NCBI GenBank assembly: GCA_965223905.1 | Contig: CBDCXV010000001.1 | Span: 1,088,001 to 1,152,000, forward strand | Direction of reading: 5' to 3' | Source of the DNA: Candidatus Latescibacterota bacterium | GTDB lineage: Bacteria; Latescibacterota; UBA2968; UBA8231 | Length of the DNA stretch: 64,000 nucleotides | The notes under the pieces: generated by a model | What the model was told of the DNA's origin: nothing | What the model saw: the letters and a program-made list of their open reading frames with translations, nothing else | The model's database searches: none | Part shown: positions 57,101 through 64,000 of the stretch, one piece after another | Layout: the number at the start of each line of letters is the position of its first letter | How positions within the stretch are numbered: the stretch's first letter is position 1 | Translations under genes and position numbers: made by a program

Positions 57101-58092
57101 AAACCCTGCTCACCGGGCTCGACGGGCTCGCCGACGTCAAGTCGACCCTGCAGTCCGGCCACCCGGAGCTGCAGGTCAGGTACGACCGCGAGCGCCTCGC
57201 CGGGTACGGGCTCAACCTGCGCGAGGTCGCCGAGCTGGTGCGCAACAAGGTGAGAGGCCGGGTGGCGACCGACTTCCGGGAGCGGGAGCGCAACATCGAC
57301 GTCCTGGTTCGCCTGCGCGAGGCGGACCGTCTCAGCGTCGGGGAGCTGGGGCGGCTGGTCGTCAATCCTGGCGGCGAGGTGCCGATATCGCTGGCCTCGG
57401 TGGCCTCGATCGAGATCGCCGAGGGGCCGAGCGAAATCCGCCGCATCGACCAGCAGCGGGCGGCCCTGGTCACGGCCAACATCAAGGGGATCGACCTGGG
57501 CTCGGCCTCCCGGAGCATCGCGCAGGCGCTGCGCAACCACCCCTTTTCCGACGGGTTCGGCTTCCTGATCAGCGGTCAGAACGAGGAGATGGAGACCTCC
57601 CTCGACAGCCTGCTGTTCGCCCTTGCCCTCGCCCTCTTCCTGGTCTACGTCGTCATGGCCAGCCAGTTCGAGTCGCTGCTGCACCCCCTGGTGATCATGT
57701 TCACGGTACCGCTGGCCCTGATCGGGGTGGTCGCGGTCCTGGTCTGGCAGCAGATCCCCCTGAGCGTCGTCGTCTTCATCGGCGTGATCATGCTGGCCGG
57801 CATCGTCGTCAACAACGCCATCGTCCTGGTCGACTACATCAACACCCTGCGCCGCGGCGGCATGGAGAAGGACGAGGCGATCGTGTGCGCCGGATCGGTG
57901 CGCCTGCGCCCGATCCTGATGACGACCCTGACGACGGTGCTCGGCCTGGCGCCGATGGCGCTGGGATTCGGCGACGGCGCCGAGATCCGCACCCCGATGG
58001 CGATCACCGTGATCGCGGGACTGACGAGCTCGACGTTTCTCACCCTCGTGGTCATACCGACGGTCTACGCCGCCGTCGACCGGGGAAGATGA
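54181..58092 (+). CDS. RND efflux permease (AcrB/MdtB-like) with insertions
   Basis: RPVAILM, PEEVESLVSRPLE, GMLVDNSIVVLE, GIVVNNAIVLVD and RLRPILMTT; 1303 aa. Confidence 0.93.
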   Translation: MAGAGPSRSFSTRFAITTQRPVAILMIVTAVCVFGWVSYQRLSLDLMPDIAYPAITVRTEFPGTAPEEVESLVSRPLEQELGIVRQLVRISSISKAGQSDVVLEFEWNTDMDAASQSIREKSDRLRLPEDAEKPLLLRYDPSLDPIIRLGLHGPQTMFDLRRLADREIKRELEAIPGVAAVKVKGGLEEQIHVDLNEQRISLMGLDVSAINRALDQANVNLPGGQMREGLTWYLVRTINEFRTVDEIRRLIVAEKEGAEIRLGDVATVHRSSKDREVVTRVDGRESVEIEIYKEADANIVSVAQRVANRIHGLPEQRQYVARLQQEEEEKALAASGDTSAAGDEKAAAEEEEEEEEEEEEEEEEEEEGLGEQKRAEAVKTLEHLRMTDFISHLLPGGMEIEVLSDQSVFIVDAIDEVRKSALIGGALAIFVLLAFLRKVMHTLIVGVTIPVSIAATFAPMYLFDVSMNIMSLGGLALGIGMLVDNSIVVLESIFRCREEGDDLVRATVRGTGEVGAAVFASTLTTIAVFFPIVFVEGVAGQVFGDMALTVVFSLLASLLAALYFIPMLASRRLQQGNGDSPRLASGDFLRLPALARAREAMAPGPLRERAVQAALILPQLLLDLALRIPLAAAALVAAVLKGAAVLLFEALWILLKPAEVFWIRPERTLQASFADWARGSRIGPWQPFERLWPDLLGYGSPAALAGDAARLGAWMWTADRSAGSPLLRRLARALPGVVAFLFLLLRFLFHTLVRTAGIALLVALLLAGLTLFAAATAAGVLLAPVFAPILFLCRRAIGLALRVYPVLLESALRQRYLVMAAAAACFWLCWTGLVPRLGTELIPQVHQGEFNLEVALPVGTPLGRTAEVVREIEDAALKQPGVERVATAVGTDRSASSRSDEGEHTARLTVKMVPGATPQEEEELIARLRRELADLPEVEIEVAFPTMFSFKTPVEVEIHGDDLQKLRKVSRETETLLTGLDGLADVKSTLQSGHPELQVRYDRERLAGYGLNLREVAELVRNKVRGRVATDFRERERNIDVLVRLREADRLSVGELGRLVVNPGGEVPISLASVASIEIAEGPSEIRRIDQQRAALVTANIKGIDLGSASRSIAQALRNHPFSDGFGFLISGQNEEMETSLDSLLFALALALFLVYVVMASQFESLLHPLVIMFTVPLALIGVVAVLVWQQIPLSVVVFIGVIMLAGIVVNNAIVLVDYINTLRRGGMEKDEAIVCAGSVRLRPILMTTLTTVLGLAPMALGFGDGAEIRTPMAITVIAGLTSSTFLTLVVIPTVYAAVDRGR
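55225..55281 (+). repeat. GAR trinucleotide tract encoding 19 consecutive Glu
   Basis: Contains GAAGAAGAGGAGGAG x3 (55231-55275). Confidence 0.95.
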
Positions 58093-61000
58093 AAGAGACG
58101 CACCGGTACCTCATCCCGCGGCTGAGCGTCACCCGGCCGGTGACGGTGGTGATGATCCTCCTGGCGCTGCTGGTGGTCGGCTCGATCGCCTACGTGCGCA
58201 CCCCCCTGAGCCTGGCTCCCCAGGGGTTGGAGGAGCGCTGGCTGGGAATGTGGATCAACTATCCGAACGCCGGGCCGATCGAGGTGGAGCAGAAGATCGC
58301 GCGCAAGGTCGAGGAGGCGCTGGCGACGGTGCCGCGGATACGGAGGATCCGCACCTCGAGCGAGCGCAACGGGTGCTGGACGAGCGTCAGCTTCCGCCAG
58401 GAGGCCGACATGCGGGAGGCCTACAACCAGATGCGCGACCGCGCCGACCGCCTGCTGCTCGAGCTGCCGGACGAGGTCGACCATATCTGGATGCGCAACT
58501 GGGATCCCGACGATTGGCCGATCCTGTGGATGGGGTTGTACCTCGACGGGGAGTACGCCGATCCGCAGCACCTGCTCGAGACCTACGTCCGCCCGGAACT
58601 GCAGCGCATCGACGGCGTCGGGCAGCTCGAAATCTGGGGGGGCCCGGGCAAGGAGGTGTTCATCTACACCGACCAGGAGAAGGTGAGGAGCCACCGCGTC
58701 GATCTCTACCGGGTCGGCACCGAGCTGGCCTCCCACAATTTCACCATGCCGGCAGGCTACGTGCACGAAGGGGGCAGGAAGCTGCTGGTCCGCTCCCTGG
58801 CACGCTTCGAGAGCGTCGAGCAGATCCGCCAGCACGTCGTCGATCCCGAGCACGGCCTGCGGCTGCAGGACATCGCCGCGGTCGGCCTGGTGCCCCGCCC
58901 CAGGACCTGGTTCAACCGCATCAACGGGGTCGAGTCCCTCGGCTGCGAGATCCTGCAGACCGCCGAGGCCAACACCGTCGAGGTCGCCCGGGCGGTGCGC
59001 GCCAGGCTCGAGGAGCTAAAGACCCGTCCCCGGCTGAGCGGCTTCGACTACGAGATCTTCTGGGACATGGGCCGGCAGATAACCGAGTCGGTCGAGAACC
59101 TGCGCAACACCGGGCTCTGGGGCGGGCTGTTCGCCGCCGGGGTGCTGTTCCTTTTCCTGCGCGCGGTGCGCATGACCCTGATCATCACCCTGGCGATTCC
59201 GCTGGCCCTGATGATTTCGATAACCGCCATCTTCTTCCTCGGCTGGACCCTTAACCTGATAACGATGATGGGGCTGATGCTCAGCCTCGGACTGGTGGTC
59301 GACAACGCCATCGTCATCGTCGAGAACATCCAGCGCAAACGCGAGGAGGGGGTCGAGGCGCAGGAGGCTTCCATCACCGGGGCCGGAGAGGTGGGGCTGG
59401 CGGTGACCATGGCGACGCTGACGACGGTGGTGGTCTTTCTGCCCCTGATCCTGATGAGCGACAGCCTCGAGTTCTCGTTCTTCATGTTGCGGCTGGGAAT
59501 GCCGGTGATCGTCGGGCTGCTGGCCTCCCTGTTCATCGCCCTCGCCATCATTCCCCTTGCGGCGCTGCGCCTCTCCACCGGGGGGAAACGCCGCGATTCG
59601 CGGCTGATTACCCGCACCCGCGACGCCTACGTGCGCTGTCTCGAATGGGTGCTCAATCACCGCATCGAGAGCACCATCCTCGTGCTGGCGGCGATGGCGA
59701 CGATCCAGGTTCCGATGGCGGGGATGGAGCGGACGGACCGCTCGAGCGAGCACCGGACCGACCTGTGGCTGGGGTTCGACATGCCGGAGGGGCAGACCCT
59801 GAAGCAGGCCGACAGGTTCATCGGCGGCGTCGAGGACACCCTGATGAACCACAAGGAGGAATACAACTTCCGGGTCCTGGAGACATGGTCGCGCAACTCG
59901 CGGGGCCGCATCCACATGATCCTCAACGAGAAGGAGAACAACGCCTGGTACGAGGTCGCCTGGGACAACCTGCTGAAGGCCTTCGGATGGCGGCTGTCGC
60001 CGCACCTCGGATACGAGGAGATGGTGGAAGACATCAAGAAACGGGTCGTCCTGCCGGCCGGCGTGCAGATGCGGATCAACTGGCGCCGCGGCGGCAGCGG
60101 CGACGCGGCCGTCGCCATCAACCTCTACGGCGAGGACACCGAGGTTCTGCTCGGCCTATCCCGGGAGGTGGAGCGCCGGCTGCGGCGCATCCCCGGGCTG
60201 CTGTCGGTGCAGACCGACATCGACCGCGGCAGCACCGAGCTCGAGGTGCGGCTCGACCGCGGGCAGGTGCAGCGCTACGGAATCGAGCCGCGCCAGATCC
60301 CGGGGGTGATCTCCTACTCCCTGAGGGGCCACGACCTGACCAGGTTCCGCACCGAGGACGGCCGCGAGGTCGACGTCCACTTCCAGCTCGAGGAGGTCGA
60401 CCGCCAGGGCATGCACCAGCTGCGCAACACCACCTTCTTCTCCGACGAGGGGGCGGAGATCCCGCTGGAGTCGCTCGCCTCCCTGTCCGTCAACAAGGTG
60501 CTCGGCAGCATCCGGCGCGAGAACAGGCAGACGGTGCTGACCGTGACCGCGACGGCGACCAGCAAGGAATCGGGGGAGCTGTTCGGGCAGATCGACGAGG
60601 CGATGCAGGGGTTCGAGATGCCGCGCGGATACCGCTGGGACAAGGGGGCCCGCTACGAGCGCATCGAGGAGACCGACGCCTCGCGGCAGTTCGCCCTCCT
60701 GCTGTCGGTCACCTTCGTCTTCCTGCTGATGGGGGTGCTGTTCGAGTCGTTCATCCTGCCCCTGTCGGTGATCGTCGCCATACCGTTCTCCTTCCTCGGA
60801 GTCTACTGGACCCTCTACCTCACGGACACGGCGTTCGACATGCTGTGCGGCATCGGCGTCGTCATCCTCGTGGGGGTGGTGGTCAACAATGCCATCGTCC
60901 TGATCGATCTCGCCAACCGCCTGCGAGCCGAGGGCAGGGACCGCTTCGAGGCTCTCGTCGAGGCGGGCCGGCACCGCTACCGCCCGATCCTGATGACGAC

Positions 61001-61256
61001 CTTCACGACGGTTTTCGGCCTGGTCCCGATGGCGGTCGGCAACGCCGAGATGATCGGCATGCCGTACGCGCCCCTGGGCAGGACGATGATGGGGGGGCTG
61101 CTGGCGTCGATGGTGCTGACCCTGCTGATCGTGCCGCTCTGTTACACCTTCTTCGACGACCTGCGTCAGTTGCTCCGGGCCGTCGCCTTCTCCGCGCGCT
61201 CCCCCGATACCGGGGAGGGGGGTGACCGCGTGCCGGACAGGGCCGGACCGAATTGA
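58089..61256 (+). CDS. Second RND efflux permease (MdtC-like partner)
   Basis: ATG overlaps the previous stop (ATGA). RPVTVVM, GLVVDNAIVIVE, GVVVNNAIVLID and RYRPILMTT. Confidence 0.92.
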   Translation: MKETHRYLIPRLSVTRPVTVVMILLALLVVGSIAYVRTPLSLAPQGLEERWLGMWINYPNAGPIEVEQKIARKVEEALATVPRIRRIRTSSERNGCWTSVSFRQEADMREAYNQMRDRADRLLLELPDEVDHIWMRNWDPDDWPILWMGLYLDGEYADPQHLLETYVRPELQRIDGVGQLEIWGGPGKEVFIYTDQEKVRSHRVDLYRVGTELASHNFTMPAGYVHEGGRKLLVRSLARFESVEQIRQHVVDPEHGLRLQDIAAVGLVPRPRTWFNRINGVESLGCEILQTAEANTVEVARAVRARLEELKTRPRLSGFDYEIFWDMGRQITESVENLRNTGLWGGLFAAGVLFLFLRAVRMTLIITLAIPLALMISITAIFFLGWTLNLITMMGLMLSLGLVVDNAIVIVENIQRKREEGVEAQEASITGAGEVGLAVTMATLTTVVVFLPLILMSDSLEFSFFMLRLGMPVIVGLLASLFIALAIIPLAALRLSTGGKRRDSRLITRTRDAYVRCLEWVLNHRIESTILVLAAMATIQVPMAGMERTDRSSEHRTDLWLGFDMPEGQTLKQADRFIGGVEDTLMNHKEEYNFRVLETWSRNSRGRIHMILNEKENNAWYEVAWDNLLKAFGWRLSPHLGYEEMVEDIKKRVVLPAGVQMRINWRRGGSGDAAVAINLYGEDTEVLLGLSREVERRLRRIPGLLSVQTDIDRGSTELEVRLDRGQVQRYGIEPRQIPGVISYSLRGHDLTRFRTEDGREVDVHFQLEEVDRQGMHQLRNTTFFSDEGAEIPLESLASLSVNKVLGSIRRENRQTVLTVTATATSKESGELFGQIDEAMQGFEMPRGYRWDKGARYERIEETDASRQFALLLSVTFVFLLMGVLFESFILPLSVIVAIPFSFLGVYWTLYLTDTAFDMLCGIGVVILVGVVVNNAIVLIDLANRLRAEGRDRFEALVEAGRHRYRPILMTTFTTVFGLVPMAVGNAEMIGMPYAPLGRTMMGGLLASMVLTLLIVPLCYTFFDDLRQLLRAVAFSARSPDTGEGGDRVPDRAGPN

Positions 61257-61281
61257 CGATGGTACGGCCCCCGGCTAGATT
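61253..61281 (+). promoter_or_regulatory. Sigma70 promoter of clpP
   Basis: TTGACG-N17-TAGATT. Confidence 0.65.
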
Positions 61282-61341
61282 CGACGAATCGGCAGCAGGA
61301 ATCAGGAACAGACAGGGATCGCAACAAGGCAAGGAGACGGA

Positions 61342-61944
61342 ATGGCCGAGCAGGAATCGGAGCTGATCAGGAACCTCGAGGAGAGGAGCATAGAGCACTC
61401 CCTGCTCAAGGCGCGCCGCATCTTCCTGTGGTCGAGCGTCGACGACGACTCCGCCAAGGGGGTGGTGACGCGCCTGCTGTCCCTCGACTCGGAGGATCCG
61501 CAAAAGGAGATCGTCCTCTACATCAACAGCCCCGGCGGGTCAGTGCACGACGGCATGGCGATCTACGACGCCATGCAGGCGATCACCGCACCGGTCTCGA
61601 CGGTCTGCACCGGGCTGGCCGCCAGCATGGGCGCGGTGCTGCTCGCCAGCGGCCGGAAGGGCCGGCGCTTCACCTGGCCCCACGGGCGCATCATGATCCA
61701 CCAGCCGAGCGTCATGGGCACCATTACCGCGCGCGCCACCGATCTCGACATCCACGCCAAGGAGATCATCCGCATGCGGGAGGAGCTCAACCGCCTGCTG
61801 GCGGACCACACCGGGCAGGAGGTCGCCAAGATCGCCGCCGACACCGACCGCGATTACTTCATGTCGGCCGAAGAGGCGGTCGAGTACGGCCTCGTCGACG
61901 AGATCGTCTCCTCGACCTCGCTGCCGGCCCCCAACGGCAAGTAA
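61342..61944 (+). CDS. clpP: ATP-dependent Clp protease proteolytic subunit
   Basis: [21 protein letters not shown] and [11 protein letters not shown]. Confidence 0.96.
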   Translation: MAEQESELIRNLEERSIEHSLLKARRIFLWSSVDDDSAKGVVTRLLSLDSEDPQKEIVLYINSPGGSVHDGMAIYDAMQAITAPVSTVCTGLAASMGAVLLASGRKGRRFTWPHGRIMIHQPSVMGTITARATDLDIHAKEIIRMREELNRLLADHTGQEVAKIAADTDRDYFMSAEEAVEYGLVDEIVSSTSLPAPNGK

Positions 61945-61966
61945 CAGCTTCGGGAATCGGGTTTTC

Positions 61967-61999
61967 GCCGCCGGTCCTTTCAGGGGCCGGCGGTTTTTT
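61967..61999 (+). terminator. Intrinsic terminator after clpP
   Basis: GCCGCCGGTCC...GGGCCGGCGG followed by TTTTTT. Confidence 0.75.
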
Positions 62000-62808
62000 C
62001 ATTTCTGGCAGGAAGGGCAGTAGAAGCTGCTGCGCCCGGAAAGGGTGAGGCTGCGGACCGGCCGCTCGCAGACCAGGCAATTGTCTCCGGCGCGGCCGTA
62101 CACGGCGAGCCGCTGCTGGAACCTGCCGCCCGCCCCCGACCCGAGGTAGTCGCTGATCGTCGTTCCCCCCTGGGCCACCGCCTCGCTCAGCACCTCGACG
62201 ATCTTCTCCGCCAGCAGGGCGCAGCGCCGGCGGCTCAGGCGATGGCAGCGGGTCGCCGGCCGGATCCCCGCCCTGAAGAGGGCCTCGCTCGCGTAGATAT
62301 TGCCGACTCCGGCCACGACCCGGCTGTCGAGAAGCAGCGACTTGACCGGGCGCGTGCGGCCCCGGCAATGCCCGTACAGGAAGTCCCCGTCGAGTTCCCC
62401 TTCCAGCGGCTCGAGGCCTAGCTCGTCGAGGTAGCGGCAACGCTCCAGTTGACGCGGCCCGAGGGCGAGCAGCATCCCGAAACGGCGGGGATCGGCGAAT
62501 ACCAGCGGCGGCCCGCAGTCGAGATCGAAGGCGACGTGGTCGTGCGGCTGCCTGTCGCTGCGGAAGAGGAGGTTGCCGGTCATCCCGAGATGGATGACGA
62601 GGGTCGCCTCGCGGTCGAGGGGGAGCAGCAGGTACTTGGCGCGCCGCTCCGCGGCGGCGAAGCGGCGGCCCACCAGGCGCCCGAGGCGGCGGCGGGGCAA
62701 CGGCTCGCGCAGCCGCTTGCCGGAGCACCAGACGCTCTCGATGCGGCGGCCGACGAGGTGGACCTCCATGGCCCGGCGCACGGTCTCTACTTCGGGGAGC
62801 TCAGGCAC
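61999..62808 (-). CDS. mutM: Formamidopyrimidine-DNA glycosylase
   Basis: PELPEVE, HLGMTG, DPRRFG, GVGNIYASE and a C-terminal CxxC...CxxC zinc finger. Confidence 0.96.
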   Translation of the reverse strand: MPELPEVETVRRAMEVHLVGRRIESVWCSGKRLREPLPRRRLGRLVGRRFAAAERRAKYLLLPLDREATLVIHLGMTGNLLFRSDRQPHDHVAFDLDCGPPLVFADPRRFGMLLALGPRQLERCRYLDELGLEPLEGELDGDFLYGHCRGRTRPVKSLLLDSRVVAGVGNIYASEALFRAGIRPATRCHRLSRRRCALLAEKIVEVLSEAVAQGGTTISDYLGSGAGGRFQQRLAVYGRAGDNCLVCERPVRSLTLSGRSSFYCPSCQK

Positions 62809-62839
62809 TATGGTCCGCGGCTATGGCGCGTGGGGCGGA

Positions 62840-63619
62840 TCAATCCGGGTTGAGCATGTGGATGACGTTGAAGAAGGCGCCCTGTGGATCGACGAGAAGG
62901 GCGAAGCGCCCGACCTCCGGTATGTCCGTCGGCTCGAGATGCACCTTCCCGCCCGTTTCCCTTGCCTTTGCCGCGATGGCGTCGACGTCGGCGACGGCCA
63001 GGTAGACGGCCCAGTGCGGGGGAACGTTCTCCATCTCATCGGTGATGGTGAAGATGCCGGCCGCCGCCCGGCCGCGGTTGCGCAGCATGGTGTAGGGGAC
63101 AACGCCGTTGTGCGTCACTTGGACGGTCCAGCCGAACAGGTCGCAGTAGAATTTGGCGGCCGCTTCGGGGTCCCTGGTCAGCAGCTCGTTCCAGCAGAGG
63201 GAGACCGGCTCGTTGGCGATCCCGGCCCCGGTCTGCCGTCCGGCCTGCCAGGGCTGGAAGATCCCGCCGGTCGGATCCTGGACGATCGCCATGCGGCCTG
63301 CTTCGCCGGCGTCGAAAGGCTCGACGAGCACGGTTCCCCCGAGGCCGGACGCCTTCTCAGCGCACTCGTCGGCGCTGGCGACGGCGACGTAGCTGTGCCA
63401 GAACGGAATCTCCGGCAGGTCTTCCCGGTGGAATATGCCGGCCACCTGGTGCTCGCCGCTGGAGGCGACGTGGTAGGAGTTGCCCTCCCCCGGCATCGGC
63501 ATCTCCTCGAAGCTCCAGCCGAACAGGCCGGCGTAGAACTTCGTGGCGCCGGCGGTGTCCGTCGTCGACAGCTCGATCCAGTTGAAGGTTCCCGGGGGGT
63601 ACTCGGTCATCAGGCTCAT
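62840..63619 (-). CDS. VOC/glyoxalase family protein (two domains)
   Basis: Two repeats of W.EL.T.D...A..FY..LFGW and GR.A...DP.G. Confidence 0.9.
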   Translation of the reverse strand: MSLMTEYPPGTFNWIELSTTDTAGATKFYAGLFGWSFEEMPMPGEGNSYHVASSGEHQVAGIFHREDLPEIPFWHSYVAVASADECAEKASGLGGTVLVEPFDAGEAGRMAIVQDPTGGIFQPWQAGRQTGAGIANEPVSLCWNELLTRDPEAAAKFYCDLFGWTVQVTHNGVVPYTMLRNRGRAAAGIFTITDEMENVPPHWAVYLAVADVDAIAAKARETGGKVHLEPTDIPEVGRFALLVDPQGAFFNVIHMLNPD

Positions 63620-63689
63620 CGGTCTCCTCTGTGCTCCATATATGGCAAATGCCTTTGGTGGTTGCCGCTTCCCGCGGCGAAAGATTCGA

Positions 63690-63719
63690 ATGGTACGACC
63701 GGCCCTCGCGCCGGGGCAA
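63690..63719 (-). promoter_or_regulatory. Putative sigma70 promoter of VOC-mutM
   Basis: Minus strand TTGCCC-N18-TACCAT. Confidence 0.45.
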
Positions 63720-64000
63720 CTTCCCGGTCCTCAGGTTCGCGGCTCAGCTGCGGCCACCTCGACCCTGGGTTTCGGGAGAAACGACTCCCGGCACTTCAGT
63801 TCCGGCTCTGCTTCCGCCACCCGTGGGATTTGGACAACTGTCGGCGCGCCGCCTGGGAGTTCACGGGCAACCCGGCAGGAACCCGGCCTGGTGCCATACG
63901 GAACCTCCGGGCCGCGTGCCTTCGGAGCCCATCCGGAATCGGACATCCAGGCATCGCATGGATCGGCGCGCGGGCTGGCCGTTCTCTTGTCGCTACGCGC

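Noticed and set aside
54498-58088. Apparent 2252-aa ORF (54498-61256) suggesting a giant fusion or overlapping gene
   Set aside because: The first ~1200 codons are the frame starting at codon position 3 of RND permease 1. High GC3 makes stops rare there, and the translation is Arg/Gly/Pro-rich noise. The real gene starts at ATG 58089.

Overview
This GC-rich bacterial chromosomal window is densely coding, with about 54 CDS. I found no rRNA, tRNA, CRISPR array or mobile element. Most genes are housekeeping or metabolic: the end of the F1 ATPase operon (atpD, atpC), smc, gatC, pyrG-lptC/A-lptB-rpoN, birA, fabI, a sigma54 two-component pair, an AICAR transformylase, dapAB, ppk1, a sugar oxidoreductase/epimerase cluster, futalosine-pathway mqnB/mqnD, hisS, HU/IHF, a three-gene RND system, clpP and mutM. 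Gene content suggests a diderm of the FCB/Latescibacterota-Gemmatimonadota neighbourhood; this is inference. I see no self-contained, clearly new multi-gene system. The best leads are: (1) a secreted protein whose C-terminal SWGRIK tail is out of frame at a G9 homopolymer; (2) an orphan ECF sigma factor whose Shine-Dalgarno is sequestered in a long hairpin; (3) a single-chain LptC-LptA/OstA fusion in a locus lacking kdsA/kdsD; (4) strong enrichment of D-S/T-x O-glycosylation-like sequons in exported proteins; (5) an archaeal-type GGPP synthase plus a DGGGP-synthase-like UbiA protein; (6) an RND permease with a 19-Glu tract and a roughly 220-aa hydrophobic insertion; (7) an inverted sigma54 site abutting the rpoN promoter; (8) a divergent GHMP kinase fusion. 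All product calls come from motif recognition by eye; no searches were run.
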